Of a DNA stretch of 64,000 nucleotides, positions 13,119 through 39,880 are shown one piece after another (position 1 is the first letter of the stretch; each line of letters starts with the position of its first letter). The DNA is taken from assembly GCF_009914755.1 (NCBI RefSeq), contig NC_060947.1. One strand, written 5' to 3'. Made by a program: the position numbers and the translations under genes. The DNA comes from the human T2T-CHM13v2.0 reference genome, Homo sapiens. Below the pieces are notes generated by a model, which was not told the DNA's origin, made no database searches, and saw only the letters and a list, made by a program, of their open reading frames with translations.

Positions 13119-14498
13119 CTTTTCAAGGAAAAATGCTGCTTCTCCTCCCAGCGTGTGTATCCGACTCTAAGCTGTGTGCAGGTGTATGGTGTCCAGATTT
13201 TTGTTGTTTGAAAAGTGTGTTGAAATCTTAGGAGTGAAGGATCCCTATAAGTAAGTAAAATACAAACCATTACTTTCTTCAAAGTACAAATAGTAATGTC
13301 ATCGGGCTTTCTAAATAAAATGAAGCCCCACTAAGTGCAGAAAGACAAGTTTATATATGCCAGTGAATCGTAAGGGAAGTCAAATGGGAAGGAAGGTGTA
13401 ATAAACAAGATGAAACTTAAAAATCTCATTTGTTGTTTAATCACATCTGTGATGCTTCTAACTCCTCATATACTGTGATTTGCATAAAATTGTGTTTGTG
13501 TTTACTGTGTGGTGTAAATCTAGAGATACTTTGTATGTGAAAAGGGGATCACAAAAGAGAGAAAGCATCTCTTAGGCTATTTTCTTAAAAATAAACCTTC
13601 ACAGAATGGCTGTCCTTTTCCATTAATCTGTATTCCATTGTAGCTGAATCTGTGCAGTTGAAATGAAAATGTTTTGGAGTCAGCGAATATAAAGCACTGA
13701 GTAAGGATCTGGGGCACAGTGCTTGCCTTACTGGGTCAACACTTACAACTGCCATGGATTAATAACTGGGCTAAGTTATCATTCACAAATATTGTTAGGA
13801 ACTTGCCTTATTCATAGGCAGAATAAGTGGTCATGTTTATGGTGTCATTTGAGGACCTCTGTTGAAAAATCTGCAAACCTGCCACAGTGTCTGAAATTCT
13901 TCCTTTACAGAAATTCGTTTCTTTCTGGTAAGCAGTGCCCTCTTTCTAAAAACATGCAGAAGTACCATATGAAATCCCTAACCCCTGGGTGTGCAATTGT
14001 GATCAGATCATCTTCCTGCTTGACTTTATTAAACCCAATGGGTGCCTAAGTCCTGTAAGTGTATGGCCTAATTAATCTCTGCCCATGGAAATCAGATGGA
14101 AAGTTCTGATTTTCTATCCTGTGCTCCTACCTGCTAACATCATTCACTTGTTAATAATTATTGTTTTAAAAAAAAAAACTCTTGTCAATAGACGTGTCAG
14201 ATTTAGACCTGTGGTTTCAGAAAAATTTTTGGAGCAAATTTAAACATGTTTGGCACTATAGGTAAATTTGTATTTAAAAAAAAAAACAATGTTTGAGTGT
14301 GCTTTTGGTAATGCTGAGCTTTCTTTAAATGGCTTGTGGAGTCGTGAACTTTTGCTAATGATGTGGCTCCAAAAGGTAATACATATTAACATTAGACTTT
14401 AACTTTCTGTAAAATTGGTTTACTTAAAGTTGGGCGGGGGGTGTGATACTGTATTAGTATTGTTTTAAAGTGGACACTGTAACACGTGTGGAAAAACA

Positions 14499-14515
14499 AA
14501 TAAATATGAAATAAA
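14499..14515 (+). terminator. BRS3: Probable distal BRS3 polyadenylation signals (two AATAAA)
   Basis: AATAAA at 14499-14504 and 14510-14515 followed by GT/T-rich sequence; proximal AATAAA also at 13314 and 13400. Confidence 0.55.
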
Positions 14516-15829
14516 GTTTTAAATGACTCTGTGTAACTTTATATTCTAAAAACAGTATTTCTGACAGAATATAACGGAACCCATTTTAATTCCAAAATGT
14601 TACTTTCAAGTCACAGAGCCCTAAAACAATCTTACTATTTTCCTCACTCTGAGTAAAAATTACATCTTTACTCTCCTAAACTCTAATAACTTTTCAGATA
14701 TAACTTGATAAAAGTACCAGAATACTAAAGTGAAGACAGCTTTTTGGAAGTTCATAAAACTAGAACTCAAAGAACTTTTTTTTTTTCCATTCTCAGCAAT
14801 CCTTAGGTGAGTTAGGGATATAAAATAATTCCCTAAATGGCTGTGTAGGGCATCAGCCTCCTTCCATCCGTAGTTGTAGTTGGCTTAAAATTCACAGCTT
14901 TGCTTTGATTTTTGAGAGGGTGGTCTCTTTTTCAACAGATTATCCTTGTCATGGCTAACCTTACAAGTAGGCCCTAATAGCCACAATTTTTTTCACACTG
15001 ACTTTTGTGGTTCCAGAAATGTTTCTATGGAAAATTTCATTTCTTTGGAGAGAATTCTAAATGGCGTGGATAGCTGGGATATATACAAAATAAATTCTGT
15101 ATACATCTCAGTGTTGCTCGGGGTCTTCCCTGACCCAAGACTTAAAACATGGAACATAATACAGTAATACTCCACAAAGCATGAAAACACAGTCACGAAG
15201 TTAGGCATTACCAAAACGTCCAGCAGGTAAGTCTTCATCATTGAAGGTGAAAGCACTACAAAACACTTAACGACTCGCTTTTCTGCTGAAAATAGCAAAT
15301 TTGGGTTTGCAGAATTTCTGCAGTTTGAGTCATCTTAGGTCAGGAATTCATCGATCTTTTTGTCAGAAAGGAGTCTTTTTAGTTCCACTAAGCCTTGAGA
15401 TTATAGGATGTGGGGATAGGAAAATTCCTGGACAGAGTGGGCTTGAAGGGACCATTTTTTAAAAATCTGATTTGGTATAGTTCAGTAATTTTTCAGAAAG
15501 AGTTCTTAGGCCAGATAGGTGAGTCCTATCTGGAGTGCAGTCTCTGCTTTTGTAGGTTAATGTATATTTATCCACCAAGAAGGCTGTGGCCTATTAGGGC
15601 AGAAGTACAACACAGATCACCCCATATAAAGGTCAGAGGGAAGAATGAAGCACATATTCAGAGAGAAGCCAGCTATGTAGATTCTTCCTAGGTCCAGCAT
15701 CCCTTTATGTGGCCCATCTACACTGCAGTCCTGGAGTTTCAGTAGCCGCCCCTATCTTTATAACCCACCCCCCTTTTTTTTTGTTACCTCGAGTGTTTCT
15801 ATAACTTGCAAGAAAAAAAACTTGTAAAA

Positions 15830-16340
15830 GACAGGTTACAAAGACAGAGATGCTTTCAGATTACCTCAGTCATTAGGGAGTTATTCTATGAATATGCAGG
15901 GAAATGAGAAAAAATAGGAACCAGGCCTCACAGAGACCACAGCATTGTGCAATTATAAACTGCCAGTTCTCACGACCAAACAGAATGCCATTACAGGTAC
16001 AATGTGTGTACCTCTCAACTCCACTGCCTCACTAGTATAGTGACTCAGTGACCCTTCTTCGCTGCTTCAGCTGCTCCTCTCACCCGTGGGGAACTTCTCC
16101 ACAGCAGGCCTCTGTTCTGCCTTTTACCTTCCCTGGGAGTATCTCCTTGCTTCTTTGCTACTCTGACCACATCCCTGTATGTTCCATACTCAAACTTTCT
16201 GGGAGAGGTTCTTACTGGCTCAGTCAAATCCAGTCTAGAATGCAGAGCTATCTGCCAGGTCACCACACAGACCCTGGGCAGCCTTTGGGCCAGGATGGCT
16301 GGGTGACATGGGACATAAGCATAAGGAACCCTTTAAGTCA
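15830..16340. mobile_element. Degenerate MaLR/ERVL-type LTR relic
   Basis: Resemblance by eye to MLT-type LTRs (aggaaccaggcctcacagagacc...gggccaggatggctgggtgacatgg). Confidence 0.35.
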
Positions 16341-17989
16341 CCTGCTCAAAAGACGGTTGTGGTAGAGCCGGCACTCAATGATATGTGCAGTAGGGTGGTG
16401 TCGCATATTATCACCTATGCTGTGAACTCGGGAATGAAATGGGAGCCCAATAACACATTGCTGAAAACAGCTGTATGCTATTTTTGGATCCAGGAAAAAA
16501 TATTTAGCAAAGTTTAAGCCTAATAAAACTCACATTACCTATATCATAAAAGTGCACACAAATTCAGTTCTCCAAGAGTTCCTGCCAGAATGAGAACTTC
16601 ATGAAAAAGAAATGTAATTTAAAAAAAAACTAACCCAAACTATTAAAAACTGTTGTTATCGTTGAAACCATAGATTCACACAACTGGTGTGTGGGGAGCC
16701 AGGATTTTCTAGAAGTAGTACTCAACTGCTATGTTTAGAAGTGAAGGTCACTGGAATAGTGAAATAATTTCTTCTGGTAAGGTTTTCCCGGACCTCAAGC
16801 CCGGGTTATGATATTTATGTTTACACTAATGGGTTCCTTATTATTTTAATGAATTAGTATTTTTTAACAGCCGCTTTCATTTTTGTGCAGAAATATTGGT
16901 AAGTATAAACCACAAACAAACGTTTTTTGGGGTTTTCAATGTTTTAGTGTAAAGAGGACCTGGAACCAAAAAGTTTGAGAACTGCTGTCCTCCAGCATCT
17001 CATATCTGTCAGGTGCCAACCATCTTAATTCTGTCTCCCCTGAGCTGTGCCTGTCTTGTCAACTCCTGGGTCGCCAGAGCCTCACGCAGTGCCCTGCACT
17101 TAGTAGGGGCTCAATAAATACCTGCCCAACTTAAAAATATGGACCTTTTCCTTTTCAGCAATGAGTGTAATTCCTGAAAACAAAGTTCTGTTTAGAACAA
17201 AAAGTATGCTGTGTCTTTCTAAAAGAATGACAAAGAAGCGGAGTTTCCCGGCCAATAAAGCTGGTGTTTACACTGGGATGTTTACATTTATGCTTAAGTT
17301 TCAAGTTCGAAGCTCGAGCGCCACTGAAATCTGCAGTACAAGAGGCAGGCAACTGCTGCCCTTTCCATCCTTCCCACGGAGTCGAACTCCAGCCAGAGGA
17401 AGGTATGAGACCGATAAAGGAGAAGGCTGACACCAGAAAAAGAAAGTTGGCCCTTCTACCCCTCATTCGTTCATTCATTCGCTCATTCCGCATTAGACAC
17501 CAGAGCCGGTGCCAGGAGTTTAGGCTACCAAGATGAACAAGATCCGGTGTCTATCCCCGGGTGTCGTAAAGAAACAAGTAAAAGACGCGGTTCCTGAGCG
17601 GGGGAGGGGCCTTTGGGCGAAGGAGGCGCGTCGTTTTCTCGAAGCCAGAGAAATTTGTCCTGTCCGCCCCACCCACTCCCCTAAGATGGCGCCCTCGCGA
17701 AACCCGCCCGGCCACCCCCGCGAGGGAATATTCCCACGCCTTCCTTCCGTTTCCCTCCCGGGCCGGCCGATCCGCCGGGGACCCCGCGGAGCTCAAGGCC
17801 CTTGAGGCGCCGCGGGATCCCAGTGGCCCTCGCCCCGCCCCAAACCCGACCCCGGTGGGCGTCGACGCGCAGCAGCAGCGGGTCCCCCCAACCCCGGCGC
17901 CCCGCCTCCCCGGGCCTCGCGCCGCATGCCGGCGTCGGCGCTTTTTGACGCCATAGTGGGCGTGTCGGCGCGACCCGCGACGTCGCCAC

Positions 17990-18182
17990 GCGCCGACAAT
18001 GGCGGCTGCGTCGGCCTGAGCAGGGCTTAGTTTAGAAGTAATTTCCTGACGTTGCCGAGGGAGCCGCAGTCGCCTCAGATCCGGTCGGCGGCGGCGGCGG
18101 TGGCGGCGGCGGCAGCGCGCCTGCGCGCTCCCGCAGCGCCCTGGACCTAGCGGCGGTGCCGAGGCCCGGCGGAGCAAGCCAG
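17990..18182 (+). other. HTATSF1: Probable non-coding first exon of an HTATSF1 isoform (start approximate)
   Basis: Donor cag|gtgggc at 18182/18183; downstream pyrimidine tract with acceptors ctcag (18366) and tccag (18372) ahead of the ATG. Confidence 0.55.
18086..18112 (+). repeat. (CGG)5-TGG-(CGG)3 trinucleotide repeat
   Basis: cggcggcggcggcggtggcggcggcgg read directly. Confidence 0.95.
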
Positions 18183-18427
18183 GTGGGCGGCGGCGCGGCC
18201 GAGCTCACAGCATCAGCGCGCGCGCGCGGTGGGCGGGCAGAGAGGGGGGCGGTGCAGCCGCCGAGCGGCCGCGATTTCCCGGGGACTGCTGGGGCGCAGC
18301 GGGGAGGCGGGCCGGGGGGCGGCGGGGCGCGAGCAGAGCGCGGTTGACCTCCCTTTCTCTGCTCAGCTCCAGCGTCATTTCGGCCTCTTAGTTCTTCTGA
18401 ACCCTGCTCCTGAGCTAGGTAGGAAAC

Positions 18428-32757
<14,330 letters not shown>

Positions 32758-33054
32758 TCCCTTAAACTTGCTTTTTAGGGAGAGTCCTCCATCTACATTT
32801 GCCTGTGCTTCAGGGTAATTACTAGTAGTGTTACATGAACATGTGCATAGTGGTAGGATGCCATCAGATTAAAGCATTGAAGTGTTTCATTGTTACCTGT
32901 ACCTAATGGTTTTAAATATATGTTAATTGATTGTTTAGTTAAAATGTCATAGTTACAATGCAAGTAAACTGGATACTTGTTCTTTTGTCAGATTTGTTAA
33001 ATGCATGCAGAATAATATTTTTAAGAGTATTGATTGAAGTTTGTGATATTCATC

Positions 33055-33060
33055 AATAAA
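33055..33060 (+). terminator. HTATSF1: HTATSF1 polyadenylation signal AATAAA
   Basis: First canonical hexamer about 300 nt after the stop, followed by T-rich sequence. Confidence 0.75.
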
Positions 33061-36000
33061 AATGAGTTGATAATATGCAGAAACTGAAAATTGGACTTGA
33101 GTTAAATTGCATTTTAAATTCTTGATATTGCTTTATTTATACTGAAGGTTGGCTTTTCTGAGGACTTGAAGAATCTCTTTGGAGTCTCCTTGCTTCCCGC
33201 TGGTATTAGCACGTATGTCTCCATTTCCTCTCTATAAACCAGAACATGTTCCTAAACTCAGAAAACAACCCTCTGGATTTTTTTTTTCTGCCCAGTCCTT
33301 GCAAATTAACTCTTGTTTGTTTTCTACCCTCTTTCCATTAAAATTGACTCTCAGATGTGCAAAAGTGAACTTCCTGCAGTCTACAGCTCCCATTATTATT
33401 AAAAATCTAAAGAAACAGATTAGAATTCTACCTTGTACTGTTAGCGTCTCTGGGCCCCTTTAGAAGTTAATTCAAATTAGAGGACCTCTTCCCAGAAAAA
33501 AATGTACACACTACACTACACAACTTGTGTACTGTTTGGGGAGGTTCATGGATTCCCTGAAGTTGAAGAACTTCATGCATGCTTCAGTTGTTCGTTTTTT
33601 TAGAATCATAGTGCCTAGCACTGTGCAAAGTTGTGTAGTCCCAATAAAGTTATGGGTCTTTCTTGATTATGCTTTCCAAATTCAGTAGTGATGAATTTAC
33701 TTCTGATGTAGCATTAAGAAGCTATTCTTAGAAATTAGGAGCATTAAAATAAACTGCATTGATGCTCTTTCATTACAGTATATGTAAGTGTAAACCTCTA
33801 GATAGAGAAGAGTTCCTATACTTCAAGTCTGTTTTTATTTTGAGAATTTTTTACTTGATGTCTGGGATTTCATAAAATCTTCAGGATTTTCACCAGGAAT
33901 AAGTCAGTAAACGAGGTGAAGAAAAGTTAAGTATAGAAAAATTGCAAACCAAAATAGTGTTTCCTTTACAGATAAGCCAGAAGCATTTAAACTTGAATTT
34001 ATTGGAAAATTAGTTTTCTAAATGAAAGGAAAAGAATGCTTTACCTTCCATACACAGTGGTTAGGATGCATAACTCTACAACGTAAATTAGCTCTGAGAC
34101 CATTAGGAGAATTCGTTTCATTCTTTACATTAAAATTTATAATTTTGGAAATCCAGAATCTCTCAAAAGAATATACTATCCATCTAGTCTGTTGTTTTAG
34201 ATACTAACTGTTGCTTAGTAAAGACTCCCTGCCACAATTTTGGGCTGGGAAATACATTAAAAATAGAGTAAACTTTCACTATTTGGTGGGTTTTGTCTAA
34301 AGTCATTGCCACCCCTGGCAGGTTAACCATCTTCTGTGTGAACTCAAGTGTGTGTGTTTGTGTGTGTGCACAAGTGTGTGTGAGTGGATTTCAGTTATGC
34401 GATACTGTCCCGAATATTTTGACTTCAATTTGGTTGATATCACATACTCAGGTTCTTTTCATATAAACAACACTGGAAGTGAAAATCACAAACAGCTGTA
34501 AAATGGTAAATAATTTATGAGGTGATATAAACAACAGAAATTAGAGTCATAAAGCACACATAGCTACCTGTTTACTGAGTAATCAGATTTTATTAGTCCT
34601 GAAAACTGAATTTAATGTGAGGCAAGAATACATCCTATCATCAAAAGAAAATGGGGGCAGGATGGATTTTAAGCCCAGCAATGCTCCACTATCACCTGAC
34701 GACTACTAAGTTTAATGCTCCTTATAGCTATAATTTACACAAAATATTAGTGCATTCAGTCCTAAATGTATAAACCAGAAGTGGCTTCAGGCATAACTTG
34801 AATGGCTTGAATGCCCTGCTGTCTGAGTCCACAAGTACCTTGTACAAGAACAAACATGAAACTTCATGTTAGAAAAAACTATTTCTGGTCTTTGCAATAT
34901 TAATGAAATACTGAAATTATTACTGCTTTCTACAAAAGAAATAAGGGCAAAATTGGAGTAACTCAAGTATCTGTTTCCCTTCCTTCTCAAGTAGTAATAG
35001 CTCTGGGCTCTTTGTGAAGCCCTGAGGAGCCAAGTCCAGTTCATTTGGAAGCCACTACCTCTTCCTTTTCAGAGTATAATCTATTTTCCTGACGTAAATT
35101 ATTTGGTCATTTCTGAGGCTTGGCAGGAAGGTAGGGATTAGCTAATATTCTGATTATGCCTTTCTCAATCATGTGAGTGATTTTTTGAAAAGTAAACCAA
35201 ATATTTCTACGTAATGCAGAGAAGTGCTCTTAATTAGTTTGAACAAAGCCATGGCCTGGAGGACAGTAGAAGGCTTACAAATTTGCGCTTTGTGAATATT
35301 TGTCAGTTTTCTTATAGATTTTTCCTTATTGAGTCTCTTTCAGATACAAGCTGTATGCCCTTTCTTTGGATGGTAACTTCATTTAAAATGAGTTTGCTCA
35401 AACGGTTTTTGCCTCTTATCACACCTCGTTTACATGATGGGCTTTGTGTATATCTTCCTAGTACTTCCCTGATGGAAGAAAAAAATGTTAAAATTATTCC
35501 CTTCTAAAATCACAAATTGATACTGCAGATAGCCTAAATTCTTGGATGCCAGTTATTACAGGGGACGATTGCTTGAGAAAAAGACTTCATAGTATAAAGT
35601 TGACTTTTAGCTATTCAGAGCCCCACAGGTCTGTTTTACTTTCCATTCAAAACCAAGAAGATACTGCTCTTATGGTATGCCAGATGTGTTACACTCAAAT
35701 ATCACAAACAGATTGGCTTATAAACATATTTGAGTTATCTGTGAAACTTCAAGGCTGTGCTATTAAGATGCGCCGGTCGTCCCAGGCTAAAGAAAGCTAG
35801 GCCAGCAGTGGAGCACAAAGGTGGCTTTTTTGCTTCCAGTGTTCTACTTTTTGCACCACTTCTTAATGTTAAATAGCAGTGAGAATTAGAAGAGTCAAGC
35901 TCTAAGAATAAAAGACCTTTTGATTTGCCTTCTTCCAGGTTTATAATAGAAATTAGGCTTAAATAATGATAAACCTGCAACATATTCATGTAAACATTTC

Positions 36001-36439
36001 TAGACTCATCTATGTGTCTGACTTTAAAGTTTGAAAATGTGATTATCTTGACCCCTTCTTTCTTTTTTCTTATTTTTATAATACCTTTTAAATAAACAGC
36101 ATACACTTTGCTTTTTTAGGTGATTCTTAAGAAATTAGAGAATAGGTTAATAAAAATGTATACAGCACTTGGATGCTTTTAATGTCACGTTTCACTGGGA
36201 ATATATTGATTATCATATTGAAATACTAGTAGTGTTAGGCTATTGATTTATCATATTTACACTTACTATAGCATCTATTTAATGTGGTTCAATTAGCAAG
36301 TTATGTATTTGGCTAGTATGTACCCAATAATATGCTAGATGAAATGGGGCAGTGAAGAAAACGTGGGCCCTCCTCAAATGGCAGTTGTAATGTCTAGATT
36401 GAGACAGCCCCCCCCAAAAAAAAAAAACCAAAACAAAAG

Positions 36440-37480
36440 CCATCAATCCAGCAATAGTGCTTCTATAGCCTAGAACAGTGCCTGGCACATAGTGGGGGCT
36501 CAATAAATATTTGTTAAATGAATTAATTTATCCCATGGATAGACTTACACACTCATTCATTTGCTGAGGTTCATTTATGTCACTACCACCTTGTCATTAT
36601 TCTTGTTGATTTCAATATCAAGGTAATTGATTCTATTCTTCCACTAGTCTTTCTACCTCAGCAGCCCAACTCTTCAAACCAGAAATCTAGGAATCATCTT
36701 AGATTTTTTTCTCTCTCTTTCACCTCCCCCACCCCACATTCATTTCCTTTTGGCTCAAACTCCAAATATATCCCACATCTGAATATTTCCCATGTCTACT
36801 CCCACCACATTAGTATGAACCACCATCATCTCTCACCTGCTTGCCTAAAAAAGCCTCCAAGATGGACTCCCCATTTGTTCTCTTGTCCTCTTCCAAATAA
36901 TTTATACAACAGCCAGGGAGATTTAAAAAAATCACTGCCCCAAATGCCCTGATGTTTTTCTATTACAATGCTTTAATAGTACTTGAAATCCAAACTCCCT
37001 CCTATGGCCGGGCAACAAGGCCTTGAATGGTTTTGGCCTTGCCTGCCTCTCCAGACTCATCTCAAAACTTTGCCTAGTCCACCACTCTTCAATCATACAG
37101 GCATTATTTCAGTCTCTCATGCCTACCTCAGGACCTTTGCACATACCTCCACCTGGGATGCTCTTTTCCCAGCCAAGCTGGGCCTTTCTCATCTTTCAGA
37201 CTGCTGAATTATTACTTACTTAGAAATCCTCACTATGGTAACCCATCACTCCTCCCCACCCAAATCTCCCTTGATGCTATTACTGATGAACCTTCTCAGA
37301 GTAATTATTACACTCTCAGATTATCTTGTTTGTTTACTTGTCTTCCTCTTGCTCCTCCTTCCACCACCCTAGCAGCATGCCAGTTCAAACAGCAGGGCTT
37401 TGTCCCAGTCTCTGCTGTAACTCCAGTGCCTGGAATAGTGACTGACACATAATCGACAACCATTTTTTTAAAAAGGTTGA
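36440..37480 (+). mobile_element. L2 LINE fragments
   Basis: L2 3' motif cagtgcctggcacatagtgggggctcaataaatatttgtt and pyrimidine-rich L2 body. Confidence 0.75.
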
Positions 37481-39204
37481 GAATAATCATCATGAATGTG
37501 TTGTATTCTTTTAGGAGCTCCACTTTCTTAGAAGAATGTGAAGAACTTTGAGTAGGTCAAGGAAAAGGGAACAGTAACAGTTATTTCTAACATAAAACCA
37601 ATGAGATAAGATTTTGAAAACACAAGGCTCACAAGTAGAGTTAGTCACTGAGGACAAAAAATTATATTATTACAGTTTTATTCTTCCTAGGGAACTGGAT
37701 TTCAATAATAGCAAAATGTCTTGGCAAGATGTATTAAGCTTTTGAATAGCTAATCACTAGGGCTTCTCAGTGGGGAGCTTATGGAATTCCTCATTTCTCT
37801 TACTAGATGTAAAAATGTCTTTCTTAAATGAACTATGTGAAATTTCTTTTGGAAAACCCCTTGGTTTGATTTCTAAAATGATTTGATTCTCTGATTTCCC
37901 CACACTCTTCTTCCCTGCCATTTTATTCTCTCTATCTGCTCTGTAGACGACAAGAAATTTTACCAAAATCATGTTATTTACAAATTTGTTTAGATCCCTT
38001 TCAGCCTGACAACATTTATTATCTCTAATCATTAGAAAAGTATCTACATGTTTGATTAAAATGAAGAAATAGGAGCTCAATTCAAATGCAAATGTTTTAT
38101 TACTGCAGGAGAGTAGGGAGTTGGGCCAATTGGCAATAAGACTATATTTCACTTATTTATTTACCAATATTTCTGTTACAAACTTGGTGTTCTCAGTACC
38201 AAGGTACTGAGCTTCATTCTCCATTCCACTTGATATTGAAATCACCAAGAATGATGACAAGAACAATGGTGAAGTCAACAAGCCACTTCCAATGAATGAC
38301 TAGGAGTGCACATGAATATCCGTGGAGTACAAGAACAGACCTGCGAATCTTAGAACTGTAGCCTGTTTATATCTGAGTTTTTGGGAGTTTGCTTATGAAA
38401 CTTTCAGAAGTGCTAGTTAGACTGTTCATTGATACAATGAATACAGGCTGTGAGCCAGGCATTGTTCTAGGTCTGGGCATACAAGAATCAATAAGGGGGA
38501 ATTGAGAAAAGATAGACAATATGCATATATTTTTAAAAAGATAAATTCAGATGGTAAATGCTGGGAACAAATTCAATCAATCAGAATGATGCACTAGAGA
38601 CAACTTGTGGGGAGAAAATTCTTAAGCTGGGGAGATAGAGTGAAGGTTGCTGAGGAGGTGATATTTAAGCCAATACCCAAATGATGAGAAAGAACTTGCC
38701 TGGTGAAGAGCTGGGAGAAAATGATTCTAGGCAGAGAAAGCAAATGAAAAGACACTGAGGCAGGAAGAAGCTTGGTGTGTCCAAGATCCAAAACAGGCCA
38801 GTGTGGCTGGAGCAGAGTGAGTGATGGATAGAGCGGTGGAAGATGATGTTTAAGAGGTAATGCAGGCCAGACTGGGAAGAAGAGGGACTTGAAAGTCATA
38901 GAAAGAGGATGGTTTTTATTCGGAGTGTAATGGAAAGCCAACAGAGGGTCTATTTTTAAACAAAGCAGTGATGCAATCTGATTTATGTTTTAAAGGGATC
39001 TTTTTAACTGCTGTGTGGAGAATGAACTGGAAGAAGGAGATTAGAAAGGAGGCTATTTCAGAAGTCCAGGCAAGCAAAGATGGTGGTTTCAATGAAGGTG
39101 GTAGCTATGGAAGTAGAGAGAAGGGATTGGATTCAGGACATATTTTGGAAGTAGATATAACATGAGGGGATGAGGATGTTAAGAAGTTTGGATTTTACAA
39201 TAAG

Positions 39205-39880
39205 TACAGACGTTTCTATTATAATGATACCTCTGAAAAACTTTATAGTATGCAAAAGTGTGTGCTAAAAATAATAGGGCTTATAGGAAATGTACGGTTA
39301 GGGCAAACCCTCAAAACCCATGGAAATTTGTAATAGAGCATTAAGAAGAACAATAGCAATTGCAATACTGTAAAAATGAAGTTTTCTCTCTGATGACGTT
39401 TGCACCCCACATCCCAGCCAGTTAATGCATCATAGACTTAAACTCTGGGTCAGCTTCCTCCTCCAAGATGTGAGTCCTAGAGGACATTCACTTCTAATAG
39501 AGACCATTTTCATCAAAGTTAAGAAAGTGATCTAGGACATCGCCTTTTTCATTTTTCATGGTTTAACAAGGGGTTTTAAATGTTAACATCATTTAACATT
39601 TATGGCTTTGCGGCATCTTCATCTGTACTCGCAGCCTTGTCAGATAGCTTAACATAGAAAAAACTATAGCCAATATTTAAACCATGTAATTACCCACACT
39701 AGTACTAAAGAAAGGTCTCTTTGTAAATTTCCTGCTTTTTGCTCAAGGTCTCCATATATTACTAAGACCTTCTTTTTAATGGTGTGAAAGTTTGCCACAG
39801 ATCATCTCAAAATGTTAACGTGCTAGAAAAATGATGTGTAAACCAACGCTTTCTATGTTATACCAATATTATTTCCCTAA
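39205..39880. mobile_element. TcMar-Tigger-like DNA transposon relic
   Basis: Starts ta|cag; aaaataatagggcttataggaaa...ggttagggcaaac motif typical of old Tigger elements; interrupts L2. Confidence 0.5.
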
